This document shows, one piece after another, positions 52,883 to 64,000 of a stretch of DNA of 64,000 nucleotides (the stretch's first letter is position 1; every line of letters begins with the position of its first letter). The position numbers and the translations under genes were made by a program. Below the pieces are notes generated by a model. That model was given only the letters and a program-made list of their open reading frames with translations. It was not told where the DNA came from and ran no database searches. This DNA comes from Adineta vaga (taxonomy: Eukaryota; Animalia; Rotifera), in NCBI GenBank assembly GCA_021613535.1, contig CP075495.1:6634001-6698000 (forward strand), given 5' to 3'.

Positions 52883-54775
52883 TGGTTGAATGATTGCTTG
52901 TCTTTAGCAAAAGCCTTGAGGGCAGTTGATTGATCAATCGATCGATCATATCATTTCATTGATTATCTATCTTCTAGACGATCGCTACATGTTAGCCTAG
53001 TTTTTTTTTCTTCATATTTTAGTTAAATGAATCAATCATAATTGAAAAAGTCAGCTAATATATTAACCTTGAAAAAGAATTCTTTTTTCAAAAGGAAAAG
53101 AATGTCTTAATTGATATTTGATATAAAATCAATTTCTTTCTTTTTCTCTCCTTTTTTTCTCATAGTTTAAATTCGTCATATAATTTTGATCGTTTTTCAA
53201 GGTTTAACAGGAAATTATCAGCAATTTTTCTTTGTTCGTTGTCTATAGTCATTGAAGTTTACAATACATTGTCAGAAAAGGATAATGCCAAACTTCTATA
53301 CCGGATGTTCAATGATGACACTTTTGGAAATGAATTAAAAGAATAACTTGACTCATGCTTGCAATCCTCTTATTATAAGTTAAAACAAAAAAGAAAAGAT
53401 AGTGAAAATTCTAACAAGTACGATGTTTTACATCTTTCCAGAAGACTAGATAATAGAAATATTTGTTTATCAATCAATCATATATCAATTGATAAACAAA
53501 CTGTCGATTTTGATCAAGAAAGTAAACAATAATAAAAAAAACGAATTCTTCTTGAACATAATTAACAAACCAAAACTTAATCGGCCTGTTTTTCATATAT
53601 TATGCATTTGATGAAATGAACATTTTTATTTCAAGGAAAATTGATCTTTAGTTATTCTACAGACAAAATTGTGGTGATTTAATTGTGTACTGTAATTCCT
53701 TTGAAGCTATATGCAGATTTCATATGACATAATTATTTCTATTGTCAATTCCCTACAGAATATTTTTAGTGAACAGGAGTGGTGGTAGTAGAAGAAGGAG
53801 GAACAAGTAATAGTAACGGTCTTGTTATCATTATTAATGTCAAACAATGATCTCTCATTCATTGATATGTTGAAACATTGTTTACTCATTGGCATAGTCG
53901 TCGTCTCAGTTTTTGTTTCTATCTTAGTTAGGTTTTTTCCTGTTTCTTCCTTCAAATAAGATGACGAGAAATAAAAAAAAAATGGGAAATCTTTTCGGAT
54001 CCCTGCATATTCTCGACATCTTCTTTCTAGCACACGAGTAGAGCGAACATTGATGAGTTCGTTGAATGTGTAATGCGAGAAAGCAAGCAAGCGAATGCGC
54101 ATCGGATCTTCTTCTTTTTCTTCTTCTCCTCCATGAAAAAAAATGAAGCAAGGACGACTGATGAGAAAGAAAAAGCATTCCTACATTCTAATGCTTTTGC
54201 CGTTAGAATGATGCATCAATAATATAAAAAAAAAGGAAAATGAGAAGACCAACTAGTTTAGATGTCTATGTGAACCACTGTTAGAATAGTTGACTTTGTC
54301 TTGCAGAGTACTTCTTTTTTTCTTTCTCCCTGGTGATCATTAAGATATGCCCTTCTTTGTCTCTCTATGTGTTATATACGTGTAATTACAAGTGAGTTAT
54401 TAATAATAAACATGTGCAATGGAGAAAAAGCCAGAGATATCGATTGATCTAGTATATTTTTTTTAATACTTTTATTCTTACAAGTAAAATATGATTAAAA
54501 TGTGATTTTTATATCTCTTACAATATTTTTAGATATTAATTAGTATGTCACAATACGTGAATGTAGATCTTCATAGTAGAAAATACATGAATAAAGGTAA
54601 ATTGATTGTATGTCTTCTTCTACTTCATAATGTTCGATATTATTATCTACTGTTTGATTTATATTTAAAAACAATTGTTTAGATTATCAATACTAATAAT
54701 TGTCCTATTTGGACGTGAAAACATCGGATGTTCAATAGTAACAAACCACTCGTCGATAAGAAGTGATGCAGAAAA

Positions 54776-57700
54776 ATGCTTATACTTATTATTGCTCATC
54801 TATGGAGTTTCTGTATTGTTCTAACGACGTCAATAGTCGGTCAACAATCATTACATTCTCAAGCATTTGATGTTACAATCGGTAGATGATTTTTATATAT
54901 ATTTTTTTTGATCTAGAAAAAATTTGTTTCCTCTCAGGTGGCGTATTTACTGATCGAGACGAAGGCACTGATCGACAAAGTATGGAAAGTATATTTAAAT
55001 ATGCCATCTTTCATTACAATCGTTTGGCTAAAGATGCACATAATTTATTATTTAAAATTCGTATCCAAGAAGAAACATTAAGTTTAATTGCTGCTGATTC
55101 AGCTATTCAAACAGTTCAAGATGTTTGTTCACTTGTTCATCAACGTCATGTACAAGGTATATTTGGTCCACCCTATTCTGAAATAGCAACACTTGTTCAT
55201 TCAATATGTCATCATGTGAATATTCCATATATTAATGTTTGTTCATCATGCTATGATGTAGAAAATACTGATGATGATATCGATAATGAAACTGAACATA
55301 TTCTAAAATCAGATCGTATGTCAATTAATCTATATCCGTCCAATGAAGATTTAAATATAGCATTTCATAATTTAACACATAAACTTGGTTGGCAGAAATT
55401 TCTTATTATCTATGATGTTGAATCAGGTAGTAGAAAAGAAAACAAAAGAAAACTATGGATTGAAAAAAAAACCAAGCTATTTTTAGGTTTAACACGTTTA
55501 CAAAAATTACTTAATGATCCAGGTATAGATCAAACGGATATTCTTGTACGACAATTTACACATTATAAAGATCGAAGTGTCCTTATTGATGCAATTGGAC
55601 GAGATATATTCAATATTATTTTGGATTTAAATGATATTAATACACGAACTATATTGAAAATGGCATTACAAATGGGCATGATCAATTCAAATTATCATTT
55701 TATATTAACAACATTAGTATGTAGATGGAAATTTAGTCGTGCATTTGTTTTTCATTGAAATTTATTCGAATTCAACTTTTAGAATATTGAAACGTATGAT
55801 TTAGAAGATTTGAAATATAACTATGTTAATCTGACGGCATTTCGTCTATTCGATCGTCGTCATGCACGTGTACAAATGGCAATGGATTCATTTTTTGCAT
55901 TCAAAACTCTATCAAATAATGAAATTAATCGGCGATTATTCACAGTGAGTTGTTTTGTTAAATGAAATCAGAGCAAAACATGAAAGAATTTCTCTTTCGT
56001 TTATCATTACTTGAATCGTATAATGAGTTGTATTTAGACTTCAGTGGCACTGTGGACGGATGCATTATTAGCTTTTGCTTATGCTTATGATAAATTAATT
56101 GCATCACGGTCGATTCTTGGTAAAGAAATTATCCGACCAAATGTTTCATGTAGTGATGAACATAGTTGGCCATTAGGATTTGATCTACATTCGAAATTTC
56201 AACAAGTAGAACTCATTGTTCGTTGTGAAAATATTTTTATTTCATCAATTTTCAGATATCATTCGATGGTATTACTGGTAAAGTACAATTTACTGCGAGC
56301 GGTGAACGAACTGGTTTTGATCTTGATATTGTACATTTATCTGAAATTGGTTTAGCAAAAGTAATTAAAAACATACACAAACAAATCTTCATTTTCTTGT
56401 TTAGATTGGTGTCTGGTCACGTGAATACGGTGCAAATTATACATTAACATCAATGTCACGTAGCGGTTTATTCAATTCAACATTGATCGTTACTACTATT
56501 GTTGTATGTGATTACGAATCAAAGAAAAAGAAAGAAAACGTTTCGATTAAATAAATATTGCTTTTATCTAGGAACCTCCATATCTTATGTTTAAAAATAA
56601 TGAATCATTAAGTGAAGCCTTAAATCGAAATTTTACTAATAATGACTTCGAAGGCTTCTGTGTAGATTTACTTGATGAACTTTCACGTACATTGAAATTT
56701 CGTTATAAAATCAAACCAATTATTACTGAACGATATGATGATATGGTTGATGAAATTAGAAATAAAGTAAGGATAGACAAAAAGAAAGATAAGCAATCTT
56801 TTCATTTGATTTCTATTTAGGTTGCTGATATAGCTGTCGCACCATTGACAAGTAAGAGAAATTGTCTTTGAAATGAAATAAAGTTGATATGATTTGGACG
56901 TACAAAATTTTCTTTTAGTTAATTATGCTCGTGAAAAACAAATTGATTTTACCAAACCATATCTTAGTTTGGGTATTGCCATTCTATTTAAATTACCTAA
57001 ACCAGAAAAACCAGGCTTATTCAGTTTTCTTAATCCATTATCACTAGAAATTTGGGTAAAACATTTTGTTTTTATTTCAATAAATTCATGTCTTTTCTCG
57101 TATTTCTTTTATCAATTAGATATATACATTTGCTGCTGTATTTACTGTTAGTTTTATTCTCTTACTCATTGCTCGATGTTCGCCCGATGAATGGCGAAAT
57201 CCGTATCCATGCGATACAGAATATGATTATTTAGAAAATCGTTTTACTGTTAGTAATACATTATGGTTTTCAATTGGAACACTCATGCAACAAGGTAATT
57301 AGAAAAAAAAGATTGATGAATAAACTAGTTATCTATATTATAATCAAAAGGTTCTGATGTAAGTCCATCAGCAATATCAACTCGACTTGTTTCGGGTATT
57401 TGGTGGTTTTTTACATTAATTTTAATTTCATCGTATACAGCTAATTTAGGTAAAAGATATTTAATTTATTCTAGTGAATTAAAAAATTATTTTCATTTTA
57501 GCGGCTTTTTTAACTGTGGAAAAACTTGTTAATCCTATTGAAAGTGCAGATGATTTAGCTAAACAAACAAAAATTAAATATGGAGTCGTTCGTGGTGGTT
57601 CAACTGAACAATTTTTTCGAGTAAGATTTATTTGAGCGATTTCGTTGCAGATTTTATCTTCAATTCTATTAAGGAATCAAGTATTCCAACATATCAAACG

Positions 57701-59334
57701 ATGTGGAAATATATGAATAGTAATCCAGATGTATTCGTAAAGAATAATAAAGAAGGTATTGCTCGTGTTCAAGCTGAATCCTACGCATTTCTTATGGAAT
57801 CGACAACAATTGAATATACAGTGCAACGTGAATGTAATTTGACTCAAATTGGAGGTTTACTTGATAATAAAGGCTATGGTATTGGATTACCTGAAGGTAA
57901 AATTTCTGCTTGACAAAAAGAACTTGACTTTTTCACAGTTCAATGATCATAGGTAGTCCATATCGAGAACGTTTCTCGGAGATAATTCTTGATTTACAAG
58001 AAAAGGGTATTGTAAGTGATCATATAGAACTTTAAACATAGAAGAAAATAAGATTGTGAACTTTGATTTCAGATTCAAAAATCCGTAAATAAATGGTGGA
58101 AAAGTAAAGGCAGTTGTTCTTCAGAAAAGAAAGATTCTAGAGCAAATCCGTTGGGTGTTACTAATGTTGGTGGCATATTTGTTGTACTTCTCGGTAAAAT
58201 ATCATTTAATATTCTCTTTATTTTCTAATTTCATTTATATCTAGGTGGTGTTATTCTATCATTATTTGTTGCAATTCTCGAATTTCTATGGCATGCAAGA
58301 AAAAATCATGCAAATCGACGAGTAAGTCTATTCATAAGAATTACAAAATAAATTGAAATTATTAAACTCAACTATAGACCAATCGTTATTGAGTAGAATT
58401 CTATTTTTAATCTCTAGTTACATATATGTGTATGAACTCGTCGAACTTCTGCTTGAAAATAAAATCTTTCTAATCTATCAAATGAATTGCGTAGGAATGA
58501 TATTATCATGAAAGATTTTATGATTAATCAAAATATAAGCATAATATCTGAATGATAAAAAATAAAGAGATTGTTTTTTTTCATAATCCTAAGAAGAGAA
58601 ATATTTGATTAAAACTAATCCATCGTTTTCATAGAAGATTTATAATTGATGAAATCACAATGAATTTCTTTTCAATATTTAGCATTCAATTTGGTGGGAG
58701 TTAATCAAAGAATTGCGTTTTTCTATTCAATGTGGTGCTTCAAATCGTAAAGCATTAGTGACTCGTCGTTGTTCACAATGTGTTCATGATCATGAAGAAC
58801 TCGAACCTGTTACCACAATACAATCACATCATCTTCATCCACCAAATAGTCGGTTGTCAACAACTTCAAATAGTTTTTTGACAACACTACAACCATTAAG
58901 ACATCGAGGAACATCAGAACGAACATCTGATTTAGATAAATTTGATACACTATTAATGCTTGCTGCTGAACGTACAAGTCGTCATGATACGCATAATAAA
59001 CAACAACAACAATCACGTTGTTCATCAACATCATTACAGAGAAGACCTGTTCCATTATTAATTATTGAACAACAATCATCGAACCATAAGTCAGATGATC
59101 ATTCTCAACATGTACAATTTAAGAAAAAAGGAGGTATATGATTATATTTTCTTTGTTAATAAAACTCAAATTTAACTGAATATCATTATTCTATATTTAG
59201 GTCTATCGATATCAAGTAGTTTACAAATTCCTCACAATGAAGACAATAATGTTAGTCGTAATAGTACTGATACATCTTCTGGCTCCGTATCGTTAACGAA
59301 CCCTCGTCTTCCTTTGCGTGTTTCTCGATTGTGA
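54776..59334 (+). CDS. Ionotropic glutamate receptor, kainate/AMPA type (ATD, S1, M1-M4, S2, C-tail)
   Basis: Signal peptide; [89 protein letters not shown]; ends RVSRL*. Confidence 0.95.
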
Positions 59335-59584
59335 TTTTCTATCAATATATATATATATATACATGTGTGTGTATGTGTGTTTCAGTTGTTAATTGTTCAT
59401 TTCGTTTTTTTTCTTATCCTGGACAAATTAAATACACATATGAAAACTAGTTAGTATCAGAAATATAGTATGAAAACAAAATAATATTTTTTTCATTATT
59501 ATTCCGATATTAGATATAGACAGATATAATAATTGAATTGAATTTATTAATATATTTTGTCAAAAATAAATAAACATAATTTTA

Positions 59585-60559
59585 TTATTTATCTTCATCA
59601 GATTCGTTCTTTTGTTTTCCAGAAATGGATCGTATTTTGGACATCGTTAGTTCTGTCGAAGCACTGAGTGCTGAACGTAAAGAACTGGTAATCGTACTAT
59701 CATCTGAATTCACTTCATTTTCACTTAGAATATTTAGTGGTGTTTCATATAGTTGTCGATCAATTTTCACTACAGGTAATTTGAGATTTAAATCCATTGG
59801 TGGACATTGTTTTTTTAAAAATGGTTGAATATATCGTAGAAGAATTGTTTCCGTCATAGAATTATGATCTTCATTACGTAGTAAAACAAGTTTTCTTCCT
59901 TCAATATTCGAACAAGCATCATGGAGAATCTGAGAATGATTCGGAGGTATAAGAGTATCATTTTGTCCATGAATAAATAAAACAGGACATGTTATTTGTT
60001 TCATAGCTTCAAGATTATCCCATGAACGAGTACTTAATAAATAGGAAAGGACGCGAACTTTTTCTCGAACTAAATTACTAATTGCTGTATAAGGAGACTG
60101 TAAAATTAATGCTCCTATTCGTTGTGACGATGCAAGATGACACGCTGTGCCACTACCAATCGAATGGCCATATATAAGAATTCTTTCTACTGGCCATTTT
60201 AAAGTATTAACAACAAAATCAAATGTTTGTTCAGCATGAATGTTAATCGTTTGTTGATTCGGTGATGTTGCTGTACATAGACCATATGCTGGATATTCGA
60301 AACTTATTATATAAATATGTAAATTTCTACAGAATTCTGTTAATGTATAATGTATTGAACCAATATCACAGCCATTACCATGGCAAAAAATCATGAAATA
60401 GTCAACTTTTCCTTGAGATCTATCAGGTGAATAAAACATACATGGAATCGGTAATTCATCAGTCGATCTTCCAGGTAACCAAAATAGATTTGTTCGATGT
60501 GATTGGAATGTATAAGTCGGTGGTTTAGGTGCTGGAAAAAGAAATTTATTCAATAGCAT
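59585..60559 (-). CDS. ABHD17-like alpha/beta hydrolase (putative depalmitoylase), intronless CDS
   Basis: CHGNGCD, GHSIG nucleophile elbow, LILQSP, FIHGQND, DHN catalytic His. Confidence 0.9.
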   Translation of the reverse strand: MLLNKFLFPAPKPPTYTFQSHRTNLFWLPGRSTDELPIPCMFYSPDRSQGKVDYFMIFCHGNGCDIGSIHYTLTEFCRNLHIYIISFEYPAYGLCTATSPNQQTINIHAEQTFDFVVNTLKWPVERILIYGHSIGSGTACHLASSQRIGALILQSPYTAISNLVREKVRVLSYLLSTRSWDNLEAMKQITCPVLFIHGQNDTLIPPNHSQILHDACSNIEGRKLVLLRNEDHNSMTETILLRYIQPFLKKQCPPMDLNLKLPVVKIDRQLYETPLNILSENEVNSDDSTITSSLRSALSASTELTMSKIRSISGKQKNESDEDK

Positions 60560-60637
60560 GAAGTCAATCTGAAAAAGAAAATAACTACAAATGAAAAGTG
60601 TTTGTTATATTTTGAGAGAAAATTAACAAGAATCATA

Positions 60638-62041
60638 TCATAATATTGAACAACATGAACAACATTTTTTAGGATTGAAAGAATGATCAGTAGAACTAAG
60701 TGCTACTTCGGAAGCAGTTCCATCATGTATTGTTCGGTCAGATCGTAGAAGGGGTGCTGATTCATCTATTACCGATGAGTTATAAGTCATTGGTTCATCA
60801 TTGACTATTTGATCATTCGATATTCGTTCACTTGTTTGATTCATTGATGTAGACAAGAACATAGTATTGTCAATTTTATCATTCAAATTATTTGGAGAAA
60901 GATGATGAGACTTAAGATTATCATTGACTAAATGGTAGAAATGCAAAAAAAGTCATCATCAAAGATTACATATACTCTTGTTTTGGAAATAATCCAGATA
61001 GAAATCGATTTGATTTAACTATGTTAGATATATTCAAATGAAGAAACATAGGAAATCTAAACTTACATAGTTGTTGTTCATGAAAAATTTCATAATAACC
61101 ATCGGTTTGTTTCTTTAACATATTACATAGATGAAGAGAATGAAAATTTTCTATACCAAAATGATGATTATCATATTTTGAAGTCCAACATTGATCGATC
61201 TTTTTTACACCTAGGAATGAAAAAAAAATGTGCTTTTGGACTAGAAAATGATCTATCAAACCTTTTCGATGAAGATCGCGTGCTTTCGATAATTTAAATA
61301 ATGTTAAATGTGGATTAAATGGGCGAATATCGGTTGATATAATACCATTTTTCTCATACGTTTCACGACAAATTTCTTTGAAGAAATACAAAAAAAGATA
61401 ATTCATGGAATCAAATATATACATCATTGAACTATACCAGCAATACGTGCCAAAGCGTCAAGATGAGAATCTTTGACAGGATCTATATAGAGTACTTTAT
61501 TATTGAAATGAGAAAGACCAGTAAAGGTGATCTGTGGTGGTGATAGATTAGCTTGAGCAATTTGCTGACAGACATCAACAAGACTTTGTTGTGCTCTATA
61601 TCAAAAGAAAAGTAGAACATGATATGATGAAATAACTTAGAAACTCTAGTTTGATATATTCATTATTTAATCAATATTCTTAATTATTTCTAATTTTTAT
61701 TCAAAAATTAAAATGTGTTGATGAAAATAAACAAAATGAATCATTCAAACGTATATGTAAAAGGAAAAATGTATCATATTATTGAATTCTTTTTTAGTAA
61801 AAATTGTCTCACACTAGTTAGCTAGGTTTGTGCACTTTTCATTGATTTAAAAACTTTTCTTAAAATTAAAATTCATTACACAATGATCTAAATCATGTAC
61901 ATAATACCATCCTCTTTACAACATTTAATAGTACGCAATTGTTTCAAAGTCTGTTAGGGATGTGATAGAAATTAGTTTTCATTCGTATTGAGATAAAATT
62001 ACATTACAAACTGATTACCCTCTGACATCATCAATACTCAT
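60638..62041 (-). CDS. AKAP7-like 2H-phosphoesterase; 5' end uncertain, two possible last exons
   Basis: QITFTGLSHFNNKVLYIDP, RPFNPHLTLFKLSK, KKID...HHFGIE...LHLCNM...DGYY match the second half of the AKAP7 2H domain; exons about 61596-61438, 61378-61262, 61211-61067. Confidence 0.75.
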
Positions 62042-62269
62042 TTGTAATTACTCATAAAGAAAAAAACAAAGCCAATAGATTTTTGCGATCTATTGTAACA
62101 ATAGACTATTGAAGGTCGATTAAAAGGAAATTTGCACTTGCTTATAGTATAAGCTATTTCATCGACTAAACAAGCGACACGTGTCAATTTTTCTCATCTT
62201 CTTTCTATATATATATACTCGATAATAATCGATGCTCACCTCTCTTTCTTTATCTTATTATTTAAATCA

Positions 62270-63887
62270 ATGTCGTATATCTTGCTTTTCTTATTATTTG
62301 GATCAATAACATTAAGTTTTACTGAAATTTCTGCTAATTTTGAACGGATAAAAGAACGATTAGAATCTTCGGGAAAACAAATCTCTATCGTAGGCTACTC
62401 TCAACCACCTGAAGCAGCTTCTTATTTGAATCATGATTTAACACAAAATGTACCACATAAAGTCAATTTAACAAAAGAAATAACTAAAAGTATTCGTGAA
62501 TGGACTCCACGTCTTCTGGCACTTGATCCAACGTGTCCATATTATTTTTCAAAATTAACTGATCCATTAATACCTGAACAAGATCGTAATCTTCTGTCGT
62601 ATTTATTAGCAAGTAAGTTTCAATAAAATTAATTTAACTTATTATCATTTTCTCTCTTATTTGTTCTTTTTTTTAAGTTGAATCCAATAAAACACTTGAA
62701 TATCCATTCATTAGTATTCTACCCGATTCTTATCGTAATGCTGTGCCACTTCTATCGATTTTTCGTTGTCATCACTTAGTTTATCCAACATCAGATTCCT
62801 TTTTTCATAATGTTGAACTTATTATTGGACCTGGTAAAACTGAATTACCTTTCGAACAACAATCAAATATGTATTCACAATTGTTTTGTTCTCTCTACGG
62901 ATGGCCACAAGTTGTCCTTGTCGATCAATCAAAACAATCGACGACAACAACAACAACAACAACAACAACATTTAACAAAGAAAGTTTCCTTTCTCAAGAA
63001 AAATTCAATGGTATCGATTTTATTTCGACAAATTTAGCACCAGGTACTTGTCTCTATGTTCCACCTGAATGGGTTATTGGTGGTGAATTAAATAATAGTA
63101 TTTCATTAAGTTATACATTAAAAAAAATTGAGAAACCAGCTTCTGATGAGGAAACATTATCATGTACAAAAACTGGTAAAACAACAATCGATAATATTGA
63201 TTTTGATATTACAGATCAATTTAATATAACTGAAATTGGTTTAGTTGTTTATTTCTATCAATATCTTAATCCTCCTTTATTCGATCGACAATATACTGCA
63301 CAAGAATTCTTTCAAAATTTTCAGTCAGATCGAAATATTTCTCAATTAGTAATGAAATGGACACCGGCATTAATTGATTTGATTAATAATACACTTTTCC
63401 AACGACTTGATCTCAATAAAGATAATAAATTTAGTGTTGATGATTATTTCGAAATCAAACGATCAAATTTAATAAATTTACAAGAATCAGTTTTGGATGT
63501 TTTGGAAAAATTACGTGTAATTATTGTCGAACAATATCAAGAATTAAATGAAACAATATCAAAATTTAGTCAACAAGTTCGTGATTCTGCCTCTCAAGGT
63601 AATATGGTGAAGCAATCGAATCACTTCTAAATGAACTACCTGATACGATTAAAGAAAAATTAGGAGAACAAAATGCTGAGGTTAAAGAAACAATAGATAA
63701 AGTGAACAAAAAGAAAACAAAAAGACCATCAAGCACTAAACAACGTGTTCGAGAAGATGATGCTTCAGTCCTATTCGATGATAAACAAGATGAAGAAATT
63801 ATTTCAAATGGTGATCAAGAACAAGAAGAAGAAATAACTGCTGAACCAGTTGATAACGATACTGAACTTCATCGTACTGATTTATAA
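62270..63887 (+). CDS. Secretory-pathway protein: signal peptide, degenerate cupin/JmjC-like region, EF-hand, coiled coil, C-terminal RTDL; frame break near 63605
   Basis: MSYILLFLLFGSITLSF signal; NLAPGTCLYVPPEW; DLNKDNKFSVDD; intron 62613-62677; downstream frame GEAIESLLNEL...HRTDL*. Confidence 0.7.
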
Positions 63888-64000
63888 TGACAATAATGTG
63901 TTGATTTATCGTTTTTTCTTTCTCTCCTAGTTTTAATTAATAATAATTACATCACTAACCTTTGTTTGTCTTCGTCTGTTTTTAATGAAAATACCAGCAA

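Noticed and set aside
60560-60670. Stop readthrough fusing the CCSCC tail to the ABHD17-like enzyme to supply its missing Cys cluster
   Set aside because: The 78-nt spacer is in frame but has a second stop (TAA) within five codons, and the spliced version also stops.
15108-63630. Three -1 frame breaks (near 15124, 46682, 63606) as programmed ribosomal frameshifting
   Set aside because: No shared slippery heptamer or downstream structure; each is fixed by one added base, as expected for long-read consensus deletions.
1-64000. CRISPR arrays, tRNA/rRNA genes, SECIS elements, miRNA hairpins
   Set aside because: None recognised by eye; the only internal stop seen is TAA, not TGA. An Infernal/Rfam and tRNAscan-SE search would be needed to exclude small RNAs.

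Overview
AT-rich, gene-dense eukaryotic DNA with very short (about 50-60 nt) GT-AG introns. Gene content and intron style suggest a small invertebrate, most plausibly a bdelloid rotifer (inference only). About 17 protein-coding genes can be assembled by hand: the 3' half of casein kinase 1 delta/epsilon, a stand-alone MARF1-like RRM protein, a TLC-domain protein, Phox2, two low-complexity orphans, extended synaptotagmin, two nuclear receptors (one with an internal stop), a thioredoxin-3xNDK-4xPLAT gene, a miRNA-class Argonaute, an EB-repeat/C-type lectin membrane protein, Rap2, a kainate/AMPA-type glutamate receptor, an ABHD17-like hydrolase, an AKAP7-like 2H-phosphoesterase and an ER cupin/EF-hand protein. 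No tRNA, rRNA, CRISPR array or recognisable transposon was seen. The most interesting signal is a set of frame-preserving candidate microexons (9, 6, 9 and 21 nt) in the unusually long introns of Argonaute, two of which would insert peptides in helix 7, the element that controls seed pairing. Other highlights: the NME8-PLAT fusion, an operon-like AKAP7-like/ABHD17-like pair, and alternative last exons in CK1 and the AKAP7-like gene. Three single-base frame breaks look like assembly errors. All gene models are manual and unverified by transcripts.
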